Positions 14,236-22,583 are shown, counted from the first letter of the stretch. The stretch: DNA of 43,202 nucleotides from Chloroflexota bacterium (GCA_039804225.1 JBDLWN010000005.1:1-43202); one strand, 5' to 3'. Numbers and translations are program-made. Notes: generated by a model not told the origin, from the letters alone.

Positions 14236-16782
14236 ATGGCCGACCTGATTGATCGACCGGCAAGCGCAGTAACACCAGTTTCGCGCACGATTACTCCAGC
14301 GCCACCGGCCGAGGTCGCCGTCGACAAGTTGCTCACCACACGCAGCCCACAACGACCGCAGCGAACGCCAACCTTCTACGTCGAGATCGATGGACAGAAG
14401 CTTGAAGCGTTTGAAGGACAGACCATCCTTGAGGTGTGCCGCGCGAACGGCATTGAGGTACCAACGCTCTGCTACGACCCGAAACTGCCAGGGTTCGGCG
14501 CCTGCCGCATGTGTGTCGTTGATGTCGAAGGATGCGACCAGCCTTCCATCAGCTGTTCAGCGAAGGCGGAGCCAGCACAGGTCGTATCAACGCAGACCGA
14601 TCGCATTCGCGAGATTCGCCGCACCAACCTTGAGCTGATCTTCAGCGACCACAACGCCTACTGCTTGCCGCCATGCCAGAACAAGTGCCCGAGCCACATT
14701 GACATCCCTGGATTCTTGAAGGCGAACGCAGAGTCGCAGTTCCGCGAGTCGGCGCGAATCTTCAAGCGCACCATTCCATTCCCAAGCATCCTTGGCCGCG
14801 TCTGTCCGGCGCCATGCGAAGACCACTGCCGTCGCGACGAGGTAGACGAGGCGATCGCCATTCGCGACAGCCACCGTTACGCCGGCGACCAGGTGTTGAA
14901 GGCAATGTGGGACGAAGATCTCGATCCACCTGTGCCGTTTGAGCTGCAGCCGAAGACTGGTAAGCGCGTCGCAGTGATTGGTTCTGGCCCAGCGGGCGCA
15001 TCTGCTGCGTACTACCTCCTTGTTGCTGGACATGACGTCACCATCTTTGAGAAAGATCCAGAGCCAGGTGGCATGTTGCGCTACGGCATTCCGCAGTACC
15101 GACTACCAAAGATTGAGGTGCTTGACGGCGAGTACCAGTCCATCACGCGACTCGGTGGCCGCTTTGAGTGCGGCAAGATGCTTGGCCGTGACTTCACCGT
15201 TGCTGACCTAAAGGCGCAGGGCTACGACGGCGTCGTTGTTGCAATCGGCTGCTACGACACCAACGACCTCGGCATCCCGGGCGAAGATGCCGACGGCGTG
15301 ATTGACGGCCTCGACTATCTCCACACCGCCGCACTCGGCCTCACCTACCCAGGTCACGAGGGGAGCCGCGTCGTTGTTGTTGGTGGCGGCTACACCTCCA
15401 TGGACTGCTCCCGAACGAGTGTGCGACAAGGGGCTAAGGAGGTCACCCTCGTCTACCGCCGCGACATGAAGGACATGCCAGCCGCCGACGAAGTGCACGA
15501 GATGATCGAAGAGGGGGCGCGCGCCATCTTCCAGGCAGGCCCAACCCGTGTCGTCACCGATGCGAACAACAAGGTGATTGGCCTCGAGTTCATTCGCATG
15601 CAGCTCGGCGCACCAGACGCTTCGGGCCGCCGCCGACCAGAGCCAGCACCCGGCACGGAATTCATTATCGAGTGCGACCGCATTTTGAAGGCGATCGGCC
15701 AGGGCCCCGACATGACCTGGGCAAGTGTCGGCGCAGATGGTGTTGCAACCACGAAGAACGGCCGACTTAAGGCAGATGCTGTGACCTTCCAGACCGGCCG
15801 CGACGGCGTCTTCGGCTGTGGCGACCTGCGCAATGGCGCAACAACCGTCGTCGCCTCGATCGCTGATGGCCGACGCTGCGCCTACGCCGTTGACGCATAT
15901 CTGCAGGGGCTCGACCTGTCGGAGATTCGCAACCGACAGACACTCGCTGAGCCACAGCCGGAGTTCTTGAGCATCGTGCCGTTCACCGCCGAGGTGAAGG
16001 AGCCGCGCTTGCGCCTGAAGGCACTTCCAGCCGAAGAGCGCAAGAACGACTACATCCAGTACGAAATCCCCTACACCAAGCCCGAGGTGATGGCGGAGAG
16101 CACACGTTGCTTGCAGTGCACCTGTGAAGCGATCGGCTTCTGTGACCTGCGACGACTCGGTATTGAATACGGCACCACACTGAAGACGCTTGAGAAGGAT
16201 CACCACGGCGGCGCTGGATTCCGTTCCATTACCGAAAACCGCTGGACCGGAGCAAACCATGACTACATTCGCGACGACTCGCACGCATTTATCTTGCGCG
16301 AGCCATCACGCTGCATCGACTGCGGTCGCTGCGCCAACGTGTGCGCCGAGGTTGTTGGTGCCGCCTGCTACGACTTCATGCGCACCGGTTTCGACACGCT
16401 CGTCACCACGCCGCTTGACATGAGCTTGAACGAGTCGCCATGCGTCTCGTGCGGACGATGTGCAGAAACCTGCCCAACCGGCGCACTGATGCCGAAGCCG
16501 CGAATTCTCACTAAGTACGAGGTCGACGAGTCGCGCTGCATCCTTTGCGGCATCTGCGTTGACGCTTGCCCATACGACGCGCTCCGTAGCGGCTTTGATT
16601 TTGAACTCGCGCACACCGATCGAAGCGAGCCGATGATTGACCTCATCGCGCTCTCAAAGTTGGAACGCACATCAGAGGCAACCTTCATTCGCGGCGAAGC
16701 AAACTGGGAGAACACCGTTGCGGGTCGACGCTACGATCCGGCACGACAGCTTCCGGTGCTGCCGCAGAGCCTCCGGAAGTAG
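14236..16782 (+). CDS. Chimeric 848-aa Fe-S flavoprotein, in order: NuoG/HoxU-type 2Fe-2S domain; GltD/NfnB-type FAD-NAD(P)H oxidoreductase; N5-like 4Fe-4S; hydrogenase-type 2x[4Fe-4S] domain; C-terminal half of NuoI. There is no molybdopterin-like domain.
   Basis: FYVEIDGQKLEAFEGQTILEVCRANGIEVPTLCYDPKLPGFGACRMCVVDVEG...SC = NuoG N-terminal 2Fe-2S. GRVCPAPCEDHC, KRVAVIGSGPAGASAAYYL, PGGMLRYGIPQYRLPK, VVVVGGGYTSMDCSRTSVRQGAKEVTLVYRR, GAPDASGRRRPEP and GVFGCGDLRNGATTVVASIADGR = GltD small-subunit series. CLQCTCEAIGFCDLRRLGIEYG (16108-) is N5-like. CIDCGRCANVC (16312-) plus CVSCGRCAETCPTGAL (16441-) form a HydA/HoxU-type dicluster. YEVDESRCILCGICVDACPYDALRSGFDFELAHTDRSE (16516-) is the NuoI second half. 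Confidence 0.85.
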   Translation: MADLIDRPASAVTPVSRTITPAPPAEVAVDKLLTTRSPQRPQRTPTFYVEIDGQKLEAFEGQTILEVCRANGIEVPTLCYDPKLPGFGACRMCVVDVEGCDQPSISCSAKAEPAQVVSTQTDRIREIRRTNLELIFSDHNAYCLPPCQNKCPSHIDIPGFLKANAESQFRESARIFKRTIPFPSILGRVCPAPCEDHCRRDEVDEAIAIRDSHRYAGDQVLKAMWDEDLDPPVPFELQPKTGKRVAVIGSGPAGASAAYYLLVAGHDVTIFEKDPEPGGMLRYGIPQYRLPKIEVLDGEYQSITRLGGRFECGKMLGRDFTVADLKAQGYDGVVVAIGCYDTNDLGIPGEDADGVIDGLDYLHTAALGLTYPGHEGSRVVVVGGGYTSMDCSRTSVRQGAKEVTLVYRRDMKDMPAADEVHEMIEEGARAIFQAGPTRVVTDANNKVIGLEFIRMQLGAPDASGRRRPEPAPGTEFIIECDRILKAIGQGPDMTWASVGADGVATTKNGRLKADAVTFQTGRDGVFGCGDLRNGATTVVASIADGRRCAYAVDAYLQGLDLSEIRNRQTLAEPQPEFLSIVPFTAEVKEPRLRLKALPAEERKNDYIQYEIPYTKPEVMAESTRCLQCTCEAIGFCDLRRLGIEYGTTLKTLEKDHHGGAGFRSITENRWTGANHDYIRDDSHAFILREPSRCIDCGRCANVCAEVVGAACYDFMRTGFDTLVTTPLDMSLNESPCVSCGRCAETCPTGALMPKPRILTKYEVDESRCILCGICVDACPYDALRSGFDFELAHTDRSEPMIDLIALSKLERTSEATFIRGEANWENTVAGRRYDPARQLPVLPQSLRK
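14644..15915 (+). other. GltD/NfnB-like flavoprotein module inserted inside the NuoG-like Fe-S chain
   Basis: It begins at SDHNAYCLPPCQNKCPSHIDIPGFL. Here a NuoG-type HxxxC runs straight into the GltD-type C...CP...IP motif. It ends near ADGRRCAYAVDAYLQGL. Two Rossmann GxGxxG/A motifs are present (14968-, ~15370-). Confidence 0.8.
16498..16782 (+). other. NuoI C-terminal half-domain (second CxxCxxCxxxCP, nt 16537-16572, plus the FE.A...R tail)
   Basis: YEVDESRCILCGICVDACPYDALRSGFDFELAHTDRSEPMIDL follows the canonical NuoI pattern Y.ID...CI.CG.C.EACP.DAI.....FE.A...R..L. Confidence 0.75.
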
Positions 16783-16785
16783 CCT

Positions 16786-17346
16786 ATGCCGCTCCCCGAC
16801 GTCATCCCGTTTATCGGCCTCGGCTGGTCAGACGTCCTCTTCTTACTGCTGAGCGGCGTAGTCCTTGCCGCAGCGATCGGCGTGGTCTTTGGCCGTGACA
16901 TCATCAAGAGCGGCTTATTCTTGATCCTCACCCTTGGCGCACTCGCAGGTATCTACGTAATGTTGGGCGCCGCGATCGTTGCGGGCGCACAGGTGCTCGT
17001 CTACATCGGTGCAATCAGTGTGCTCATCCTTTTTGCCATCATGCTCACGCAGTCAAAGGTTGCGCCAGTAAAGCTGGCGTTCCAGACACAGGTGGCGCCT
17101 GCCGCCCTTGCCTCGGTCCTACTCGCTGTGATCTTCGGCCTCGCGTTTGGAAGCACAGACTGGGGCTCATCAGTGTTCGCCGATACGCCAGCCGCAACTG
17201 GTACGGCCCCTGTTGCCGCCGCACTCTTCGGCCCGTACCTGCTTGCATTTGAGATCGCAAGCGTGCTCATCCTCTCTGCCGTGATAGGTGGCCTCTATCT
17301 CGCGATGGAACCAAAGACGGACGAAGTGGGCGAGGAGGGGCAGTGA
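16786..17346 (+). CDS. nuoJ: NADH-quinone oxidoreductase subunit J
   Basis: 186 aa, 5 TM. AGAQVLVYIGAISVLILFAIMLT is the NuoJ signature (AxxQxxVYxGAxxVLxxFVxMxL). It starts 3 nt after the upstream stop. Confidence 0.9.
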   Translation: MPLPDVIPFIGLGWSDVLFLLLSGVVLAAAIGVVFGRDIIKSGLFLILTLGALAGIYVMLGAAIVAGAQVLVYIGAISVLILFAIMLTQSKVAPVKLAFQTQVAPAALASVLLAVIFGLAFGSTDWGSSVFADTPAATGTAPVAAALFGPYLLAFEIASVLILSAVIGGLYLAMEPKTDEVGEEGQ

Positions 17347-17663
17347 GCCAAATCGCTGGGAACCTGGAGCCATATCTCGTCCTCTCAGGGATGCTCTTTG
17401 CTATCGGCTCCTTCGGCTTCCTTGCACGTCGAAACGCAATCACGATGTTGATGAGTATTGAGTTGATGCTGAATGCCGTGAACCTTGCCGCACTCGCGTT
17501 CGGCGCATTTATTCCGACACTCGCAGGGGAGGGGGCAGCCTTTGCGCTGTTGATTATCGCCGTGGCGGCGGCTGAGGCCACCGTCGGCCTGGCGATCGTG
17601 ATTGCCATCTTCCGTAACCGGAAGACACCGCTGGTTGACGAGTACGACACGATGAGGCAGTAG
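17343..17663 (+). CDS. nuoK: NADH-quinone oxidoreductase subunit K
   Basis: 106 aa, 3 TM. RRNAITMLMSIELMLNAVNLAALAF...IAVAAAEATVGLAIVIAIFRNRKT is the NuoK signature, including both conserved Glu. GTGA overlap with nuoJ. Confidence 0.92.
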   Translation: MSQIAGNLEPYLVLSGMLFAIGSFGFLARRNAITMLMSIELMLNAVNLAALAFGAFIPTLAGEGAAFALLIIAVAAAEATVGLAIVIAIFRNRKTPLVDEYDTMRQ

Positions 17664-17666
17664 CGG

Positions 17667-19616
17667 ATGATCACTGCAGAGACCCTGGTCGAAGCGGGCG
17701 CCCTTCCGGGCTACGCGCCGCTCCTCCTTCTCCTCCCGCTGCTCGGCTTCGCCTTCACGGCGGCGGTTGGCCGACGCCTCGGCAAACTGGCCCACATCGT
17801 GCCGCTCGGGGCGATCGTCGCCACCTGGGCACTCTCCATGAGCCTGGCGATCCCCGCCCTCACAGGGGGCCTCGGTGAGGCGGGTGCCTCGATGAAGCTC
17901 TTCACCTGGATCGCCTCGGGCGACCTGAGCTTCGGGCTCGGCCTGCACGTCGACGCCCTTACGGGAGCCCTCCTTCTCGTAGTAACCACGGTCGGCGCCC
18001 TCGTGCACCTCTATAGCGTCGGCTACATGAGTCACGACAACGGCTATTGGCGCTTCTTCGCCTACCTGAACCTCTTCATGTTCTCAATGATGCTCCTCGT
18101 TCTCGCCGATAACCTCCTCGTCGTCTTTGCCGCCTGGGAGCTCGTCGGCCTCTCCTCGTACCTGCTGATCGGCTTCTGGTACACGAAGACCGCACCAGGC
18201 TTGGCCGCCAAGAAGGCCTTCATTACAAACCGAGTCGGTGACGTTGGCTTCGTTCTCGGACTGATGGGTCTCGTGGTCGTCTTCGGCTCACTCGACATCA
18301 GTACGGTGCTTGCGGGGGTTGTAGCGGGCGAGCTCGTTGGTCCAGCAGCGACGGTGATTGCCTTACTGATCTTCTGCGGCGCGGTTGGGAAGTCGGCGCA
18401 GTTCCCACTTCACGTCTGGCTCCCCGACGCCATGGAGGGGCCAACTCCGGTCAGCGCCCTCATCCACGCAGCGACCATGGTGAACGCGGGCGTCTATCTC
18501 GTGGCACGAATGAGCCCACTCTTCGCTGCAAGCCCTGAGGCAATGATCATTGTTGCCGCAATCGGCATCTTCACCGCGATCTTCGCGGCCTCAATTGCGC
18601 TCACGCAGACCGACATCAAGCGCGTGCTCGCCTTCTCAACCCTCTCGCAGCTCGGCTACATGTTTGCCGCACTCGGTGTTGGTGCCTGGGTTCCCGCAAT
18701 CTTCCATCTCGTCACGCACGGATTCTTCAAGGGGCTCCTCTTCCTCGGCTCAGGTTCGGTGATTCATGCGGTGAACGGCGAGCAAGAGATGACAAAGATG
18801 GGTGGCCTCTGGCGCAAGATTCCTATTACGTACGCCACGATGTTGGTCGGAACCGTAGCGATTGCTGGCCTACCGCCACTCGCCGGGTTCTGGTCAAAAG
18901 ACGAAATTCTCACCGAAGCATTCAAATTTGGATACGCGTGGGTGTGGCTCGTCGGCATGATCGTTGCCGCCATGACCGCCTTCTACATGTTCCGTCTCAT
19001 GGGACTCACCTTCTGGGGGAAGAGCCGCGTGCATGACGAATCACATGTACACGAATCGCCATGGACGATGACGCTGCCGCTGATCATTCTGGCGGTGCCA
19101 TCGATTGCCATTGGCGCAGCACTCGGCTTCCCAGTCGCAGACGGCGTCATTGTGCATGCGCTTGAACCAATCTTCCATCCGGCGGATGAGATACTCGGCA
19201 TCGAACATAAGCCTTGGGAACTGTTTGGCATCGGCGGACTTCTCATGCTTGGGAGCGTTACCGTTGCCTCAATCGGCACAGCGGTCGGCGTGCGCCTCTT
19301 CCGCAGTGACAACAACGAGTTCCTTGGTCGCGTCACCAAGCGCTTGCAGCCGCTCTACGACGGAAGCCGCAACCGTTGGTACTTTGACGACCTCAATGAT
19401 CTCGTATTCGTGCGCTTTGGACGAAAGTTTTCGAACGCACTCTGGTGGTTTGACCGCCGCGTTGTTGACGGCACTGTGAACGGCGTTGCTTCGCTCACTT
19501 CGAGTGGCGGTCGCGGCTTGCGGCAGATCCAAACCGGTCGCGTGCAAAACTATGCACTCGGCATCGCATTTGGCCTTGTGGCCATTGCTGCCGCTTACCT
19601 GGTGATTGCGGGATGA
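17667..19616 (+). CDS. nuoL: NADH-quinone oxidoreductase subunit L (antiporter-like, with C-terminal lateral helix region)
   Basis: 649 aa. WELVGLSSYLLIGFWY, GKSAQFPLHVWLPDAMEGPTPVSALIHAATMVNAGVYL and FSTLSQLGYMF are NuoL/Mrp-type motifs. Confidence 0.93.
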   Translation: MITAETLVEAGALPGYAPLLLLLPLLGFAFTAAVGRRLGKLAHIVPLGAIVATWALSMSLAIPALTGGLGEAGASMKLFTWIASGDLSFGLGLHVDALTGALLLVVTTVGALVHLYSVGYMSHDNGYWRFFAYLNLFMFSMMLLVLADNLLVVFAAWELVGLSSYLLIGFWYTKTAPGLAAKKAFITNRVGDVGFVLGLMGLVVVFGSLDISTVLAGVVAGELVGPAATVIALLIFCGAVGKSAQFPLHVWLPDAMEGPTPVSALIHAATMVNAGVYLVARMSPLFAASPEAMIIVAAIGIFTAIFAASIALTQTDIKRVLAFSTLSQLGYMFAALGVGAWVPAIFHLVTHGFFKGLLFLGSGSVIHAVNGEQEMTKMGGLWRKIPITYATMLVGTVAIAGLPPLAGFWSKDEILTEAFKFGYAWVWLVGMIVAAMTAFYMFRLMGLTFWGKSRVHDESHVHESPWTMTLPLIILAVPSIAIGAALGFPVADGVIVHALEPIFHPADEILGIEHKPWELFGIGGLLMLGSVTVASIGTAVGVRLFRSDNNEFLGRVTKRLQPLYDGSRNRWYFDDLNDLVFVRFGRKFSNALWWFDRRVVDGTVNGVASLTSSGGRGLRQIQTGRVQNYALGIAFGLVAIAAAYLVIAG

Positions 19617-21124
19617 ACGACATGCCGATCCTGTCGCTGATCACCTTCCTTCCGCTCCTTGGCGCGCTCGGCATCGCAGCACTCCCATCGTCACGTCCGA
19701 GCCTGATTCGTTTTGCTGCACTCGGGGTGTCACTGATCACCTTCGCACTGAGCCTCGGCATGCTGGTTGGCATTCGCGGCCAGAGTGGTGAATTTGCCTT
19801 CAGCGAACAGCTCTCGTGGATTCCATCGTTCGGCATCACGTATCACCTTGGTGTGGACGGGCTCTCTGGCGCACTTGTTGTCTTGACGACGCTGCTCAGC
19901 TGGATCTGCATCCTGGCGAGCTTCGGTCCAATTCAGACTCGCGTGAAGGAGTACTTCATTAGCTTCCTCATCCTCGAGACGGGCATGCTCGGTGTCTTCT
20001 TGGCGCTCGACCTATTCCTCTTCTACATCTTCTGGGAGATCGTGCTCGTGCCGATGTATCTGATCATCGGCATCTGGGGCGGGGCCGACCGCATCTACGC
20101 CACAATCAAGTTCGTCCTCTACACGCTCGTTGGATCACTCCTCATGCTTGTAGCGATCCTGGCGACGGCCTTTAGCCATCAGGCCGCGACAGGCTCATGG
20201 ACCGGGGCGTTCGACTTGCTGGCGTTGCGGGGCACGATCACCGATCCAACGCTGCAGATCCTCGGGTTTGCCGCCTTCGCGCTCGCCTTTGCCATCAAGG
20301 TGCCAATGTTCCCGTTCCATACGTGGCTCCCCGATGCGCACGTACAGGCCCCAACCGCAGGCTCGGTCATCCTCGCCGGCGTGCTCTTGAAGCTTGGCGG
20401 CTACGGCTTCATTCGATTTGCGATCCCGCTCTTCCCAGACGGCGCGCAGCTCTTCGCGCCGCTCATGATCGTTCTCTCGGTGATCGCCATCATCTATGGC
20501 GCACTTGTGGCGATCGTGCAGACCGACCTCAAGAAACTTATCGCGTATAGCTCCGTTAGCCACATGGGCTTCGTAACGCTCGGCATCTTCACCTTCAATC
20601 AGCAGGGTGTCGACGGCGCAATCTTGCAGATGCTTAACCACGGCCTCATCACGAGCGGACTCTTCTTGCTCGTCGGAATTGGCTACGAACGCACCCATGA
20701 TCGCGAGATCGCCAAGATGGGCGGCTGGGCGGTGCGCACCCCCGTGTACGCTGCGCTCTTCGGCTTCTTTCTCTTCGCGTCAGTTGGCCTTCCTGGCCTC
20801 TCGGGCTTCGCTGGTGAATTCCTGGTGCTGCTCGGAGCCTTCATCGCCAACCCAATGGTCGCAGGTGCATCAACAGTTGTGATGATCCTTGCTGCGGTCT
20901 ACTTGCTCTACATGTACCAGCGCGTCTTCACCGGACCACTCTCACCGTTCTTAAAGGGTCTCGGCTCAAAGCTGACCGATGTCACACCAACCGAGATCTT
21001 GACGCTCGCCCCCCTTGCGGCGCTGGTCGTGATCTTTGGTGTAATGCCAACGCTGTTGACGAGCTCTTTTGCAAAAAGCGTTGAGATCTTCCTGATGTCA
21101 GCTATCAGTGTGGTCGGACCATGA
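19613..21124 (+). CDS. nuoM: NADH-quinone oxidoreductase subunit M
   Basis: 503 aa. FYIFWEIVLVPMYLIIGIWGG, KVPMFPFHTWLPDAHVQAPTAGSVILAGVLLKLGGYG and IAYSSVSHMGFV. ATGA overlap with nuoL. Confidence 0.93.
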   Translation: MNDMPILSLITFLPLLGALGIAALPSSRPSLIRFAALGVSLITFALSLGMLVGIRGQSGEFAFSEQLSWIPSFGITYHLGVDGLSGALVVLTTLLSWICILASFGPIQTRVKEYFISFLILETGMLGVFLALDLFLFYIFWEIVLVPMYLIIGIWGGADRIYATIKFVLYTLVGSLLMLVAILATAFSHQAATGSWTGAFDLLALRGTITDPTLQILGFAAFALAFAIKVPMFPFHTWLPDAHVQAPTAGSVILAGVLLKLGGYGFIRFAIPLFPDGAQLFAPLMIVLSVIAIIYGALVAIVQTDLKKLIAYSSVSHMGFVTLGIFTFNQQGVDGAILQMLNHGLITSGLFLLVGIGYERTHDREIAKMGGWAVRTPVYAALFGFFLFASVGLPGLSGFAGEFLVLLGAFIANPMVAGASTVVMILAAVYLLYMYQRVFTGPLSPFLKGLGSKLTDVTPTEILTLAPLAALVVIFGVMPTLLTSSFAKSVEIFLMSAISVVGP

Positions 21125-22560
21125 ACAACGACCTGCTCACCCTCGCGCCACTCATCACCGTCGCCCTTGGCGCGATTGCCGTCCTTGCGAGCGACATGAT
21201 TACGCCAAATCGAAACCATGCGCCGGTTGCCGTTGCGCTTGCCGCACTCGGCGTTACCGCAGCACTGCTCATTAATCAGGGGGGCAGTACTGCTAGCGCT
21301 CTTGGTGGCAGCTACGTCGCTGGGCCATTCGTTGCATTTATCGGCCTGCTCGGAATTTCAATCGTGGCCATCACGCTCCTGATTGCGCCGGCATACCTTG
21401 CTGCGCGCAAGTATCCAACGGCTGAACTCGCCGCGACGCTCCTCTTCGCCCTTGCTGGTGCAATTCTGCTTGGCGCCGCAACTGATCTCATCACACTCTT
21501 CATTGGCCTCGAGCTGATGGTTATCCCTGGGTATGTCCTCGCTGGATACGCAAAGCGCGACCCGCTGAGCACCGAGGGTGCGGTGAAGTACTTCCTGCTC
21601 GGTAGCTTCTCGAGCGCTATCCTGCTCTTCGGCATCGTGGTGCTGTGGGGCGTTGCAGGTACCGCGTCACTCAGTGGTATCGCAACGGTGCTCGCATCTG
21701 GAGAGGCGAACGCAGGACTCGCTGTTGCACTCGCGCTGATCACCACAGGGTCGGCCTTCAAGATTGCGGCGGTTCCGTTCCACTACTGGACTCCCGACGC
21801 CTATCAAGGCTCCCCAACGCCAATCACGGGGTATCTCTCAGTCGGCCCGAAGGTTGGCGCATTTGTTCTGCTCATCAAGCTCTTTGTGATTGCGCTCGCG
21901 CCACTCGCGACGCTATGGATCCCCGTGATGGTGGTGCTGGCGGCGGCAACCATGACGCTCGGCAACCTCGTAGCTCTCACGCAGAGCAACGTGAAGCGCA
22001 TGCTCGCCTACTCGTCGATCGCGCACACCGGATACCTGATGGTTGGCATCGTTGCGGCGGGCGCAGGAGAGGCGGCGGGAATCGCCGGCATTCTCTTCTA
22101 CGCTGCGGCATACGCGTTTATGAACCTCGGTGCGTTTGCATTCCTGACTGCGCTCCAAGGCCGACCTGGCGCCACGACGCAGCTCTCTGACCTTGCTGGG
22201 CTCGGTCGCAAGCATCCACGCATGGCAATCCTCGCGACAATCTTCCTGTTGAGCCTCACCGGTATTCCACCGACGGCGGGCTTCTTCGCCAAGACCTACG
22301 TGATCCTGGCCGCGGTGCAAGCGGGCGGGCCAGCCACGATCCTCGCCGTGATTGCCGTGCTCAACGCTGCCATCGCCGCCTTCTACTACCTGCGCGTCAT
22401 CGTCTACCTCTTCATGCGCGACCCGGCGGATCCAGCGGTTCAAGTGGCCGAGGGGTCAATGCTGCGCGCCGGCCTGCTGATCGCCGCCATCGGCACCGTA
22501 GCGCTCGGCCTCGCCCCGACCCCGATCATCGAGGCGGTCATTCAAGCCCTCGCTCGGTAG
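21121..22560 (+). CDS. nuoN: NADH-quinone oxidoreductase subunit N
   Basis: 479 aa. GLELMVIPGYVLAGY, KIAAVPFHYWTPDAYQGSPTPITGYLSVGPKVGAF and LAYSSIAHTGYLMVG. ATGA overlap with nuoM. Confidence 0.93.
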   Translation: MNNDLLTLAPLITVALGAIAVLASDMITPNRNHAPVAVALAALGVTAALLINQGGSTASALGGSYVAGPFVAFIGLLGISIVAITLLIAPAYLAARKYPTAELAATLLFALAGAILLGAATDLITLFIGLELMVIPGYVLAGYAKRDPLSTEGAVKYFLLGSFSSAILLFGIVVLWGVAGTASLSGIATVLASGEANAGLAVALALITTGSAFKIAAVPFHYWTPDAYQGSPTPITGYLSVGPKVGAFVLLIKLFVIALAPLATLWIPVMVVLAAATMTLGNLVALTQSNVKRMLAYSSIAHTGYLMVGIVAAGAGEAAGIAGILFYAAAYAFMNLGAFAFLTALQGRPGATTQLSDLAGLGRKHPRMAILATIFLLSLTGIPPTAGFFAKTYVILAAVQAGGPATILAVIAVLNAAIAAFYYLRVIVYLFMRDPADPAVQVAEGSMLRAGLLIAAIGTVALGLAPTPIIEAVIQALAR

Positions 22561-22564
22561 GCTT

Positions 22565-22583
22565 CACTCCCGCAGCGGGGGTG
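22565..22583 (+). terminator. Possible stem-loop terminator after nuoN
   Basis: CACTCCCG-cag-CGGGGGTG forms an 8-bp stem (one G-U pair) with a 3-nt loop, 5 nt after the nuoN stop. No U-tract follows, so this is a weak call. Confidence 0.3.

Noticed and set aside
16441-16572. An alternative reading in which motifs b (CVSCGRCAETCP) and c (CILCGICVDACP) form a self-contained 2x[4Fe-4S] ferredoxin, so that NuoI is not split
   Set aside because: This would leave motif a (CIDCGRCANVC) and the upstream motif d without partners. The a+b spacing and the CP.GAL context match the HydA/HoxU dicluster. The sequence flanking c matches only the second half of NuoI, and the NuoI N-terminal signature is found only upstream of d. 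I keep this reading as the main way to refute finding 1.
12156-16782. The split nuoI as a pseudogene or frameshift artefact
   Set aside because: Each of the three cistrons has an intact start and a clean stop/start junction. The two NuoI fragments are separated by 4.1 kb of coherent coding sequence rather than by a local indel. Both fragments keep complete CxxCxxCxxxCP motifs. An assembly error cannot be excluded without reads.
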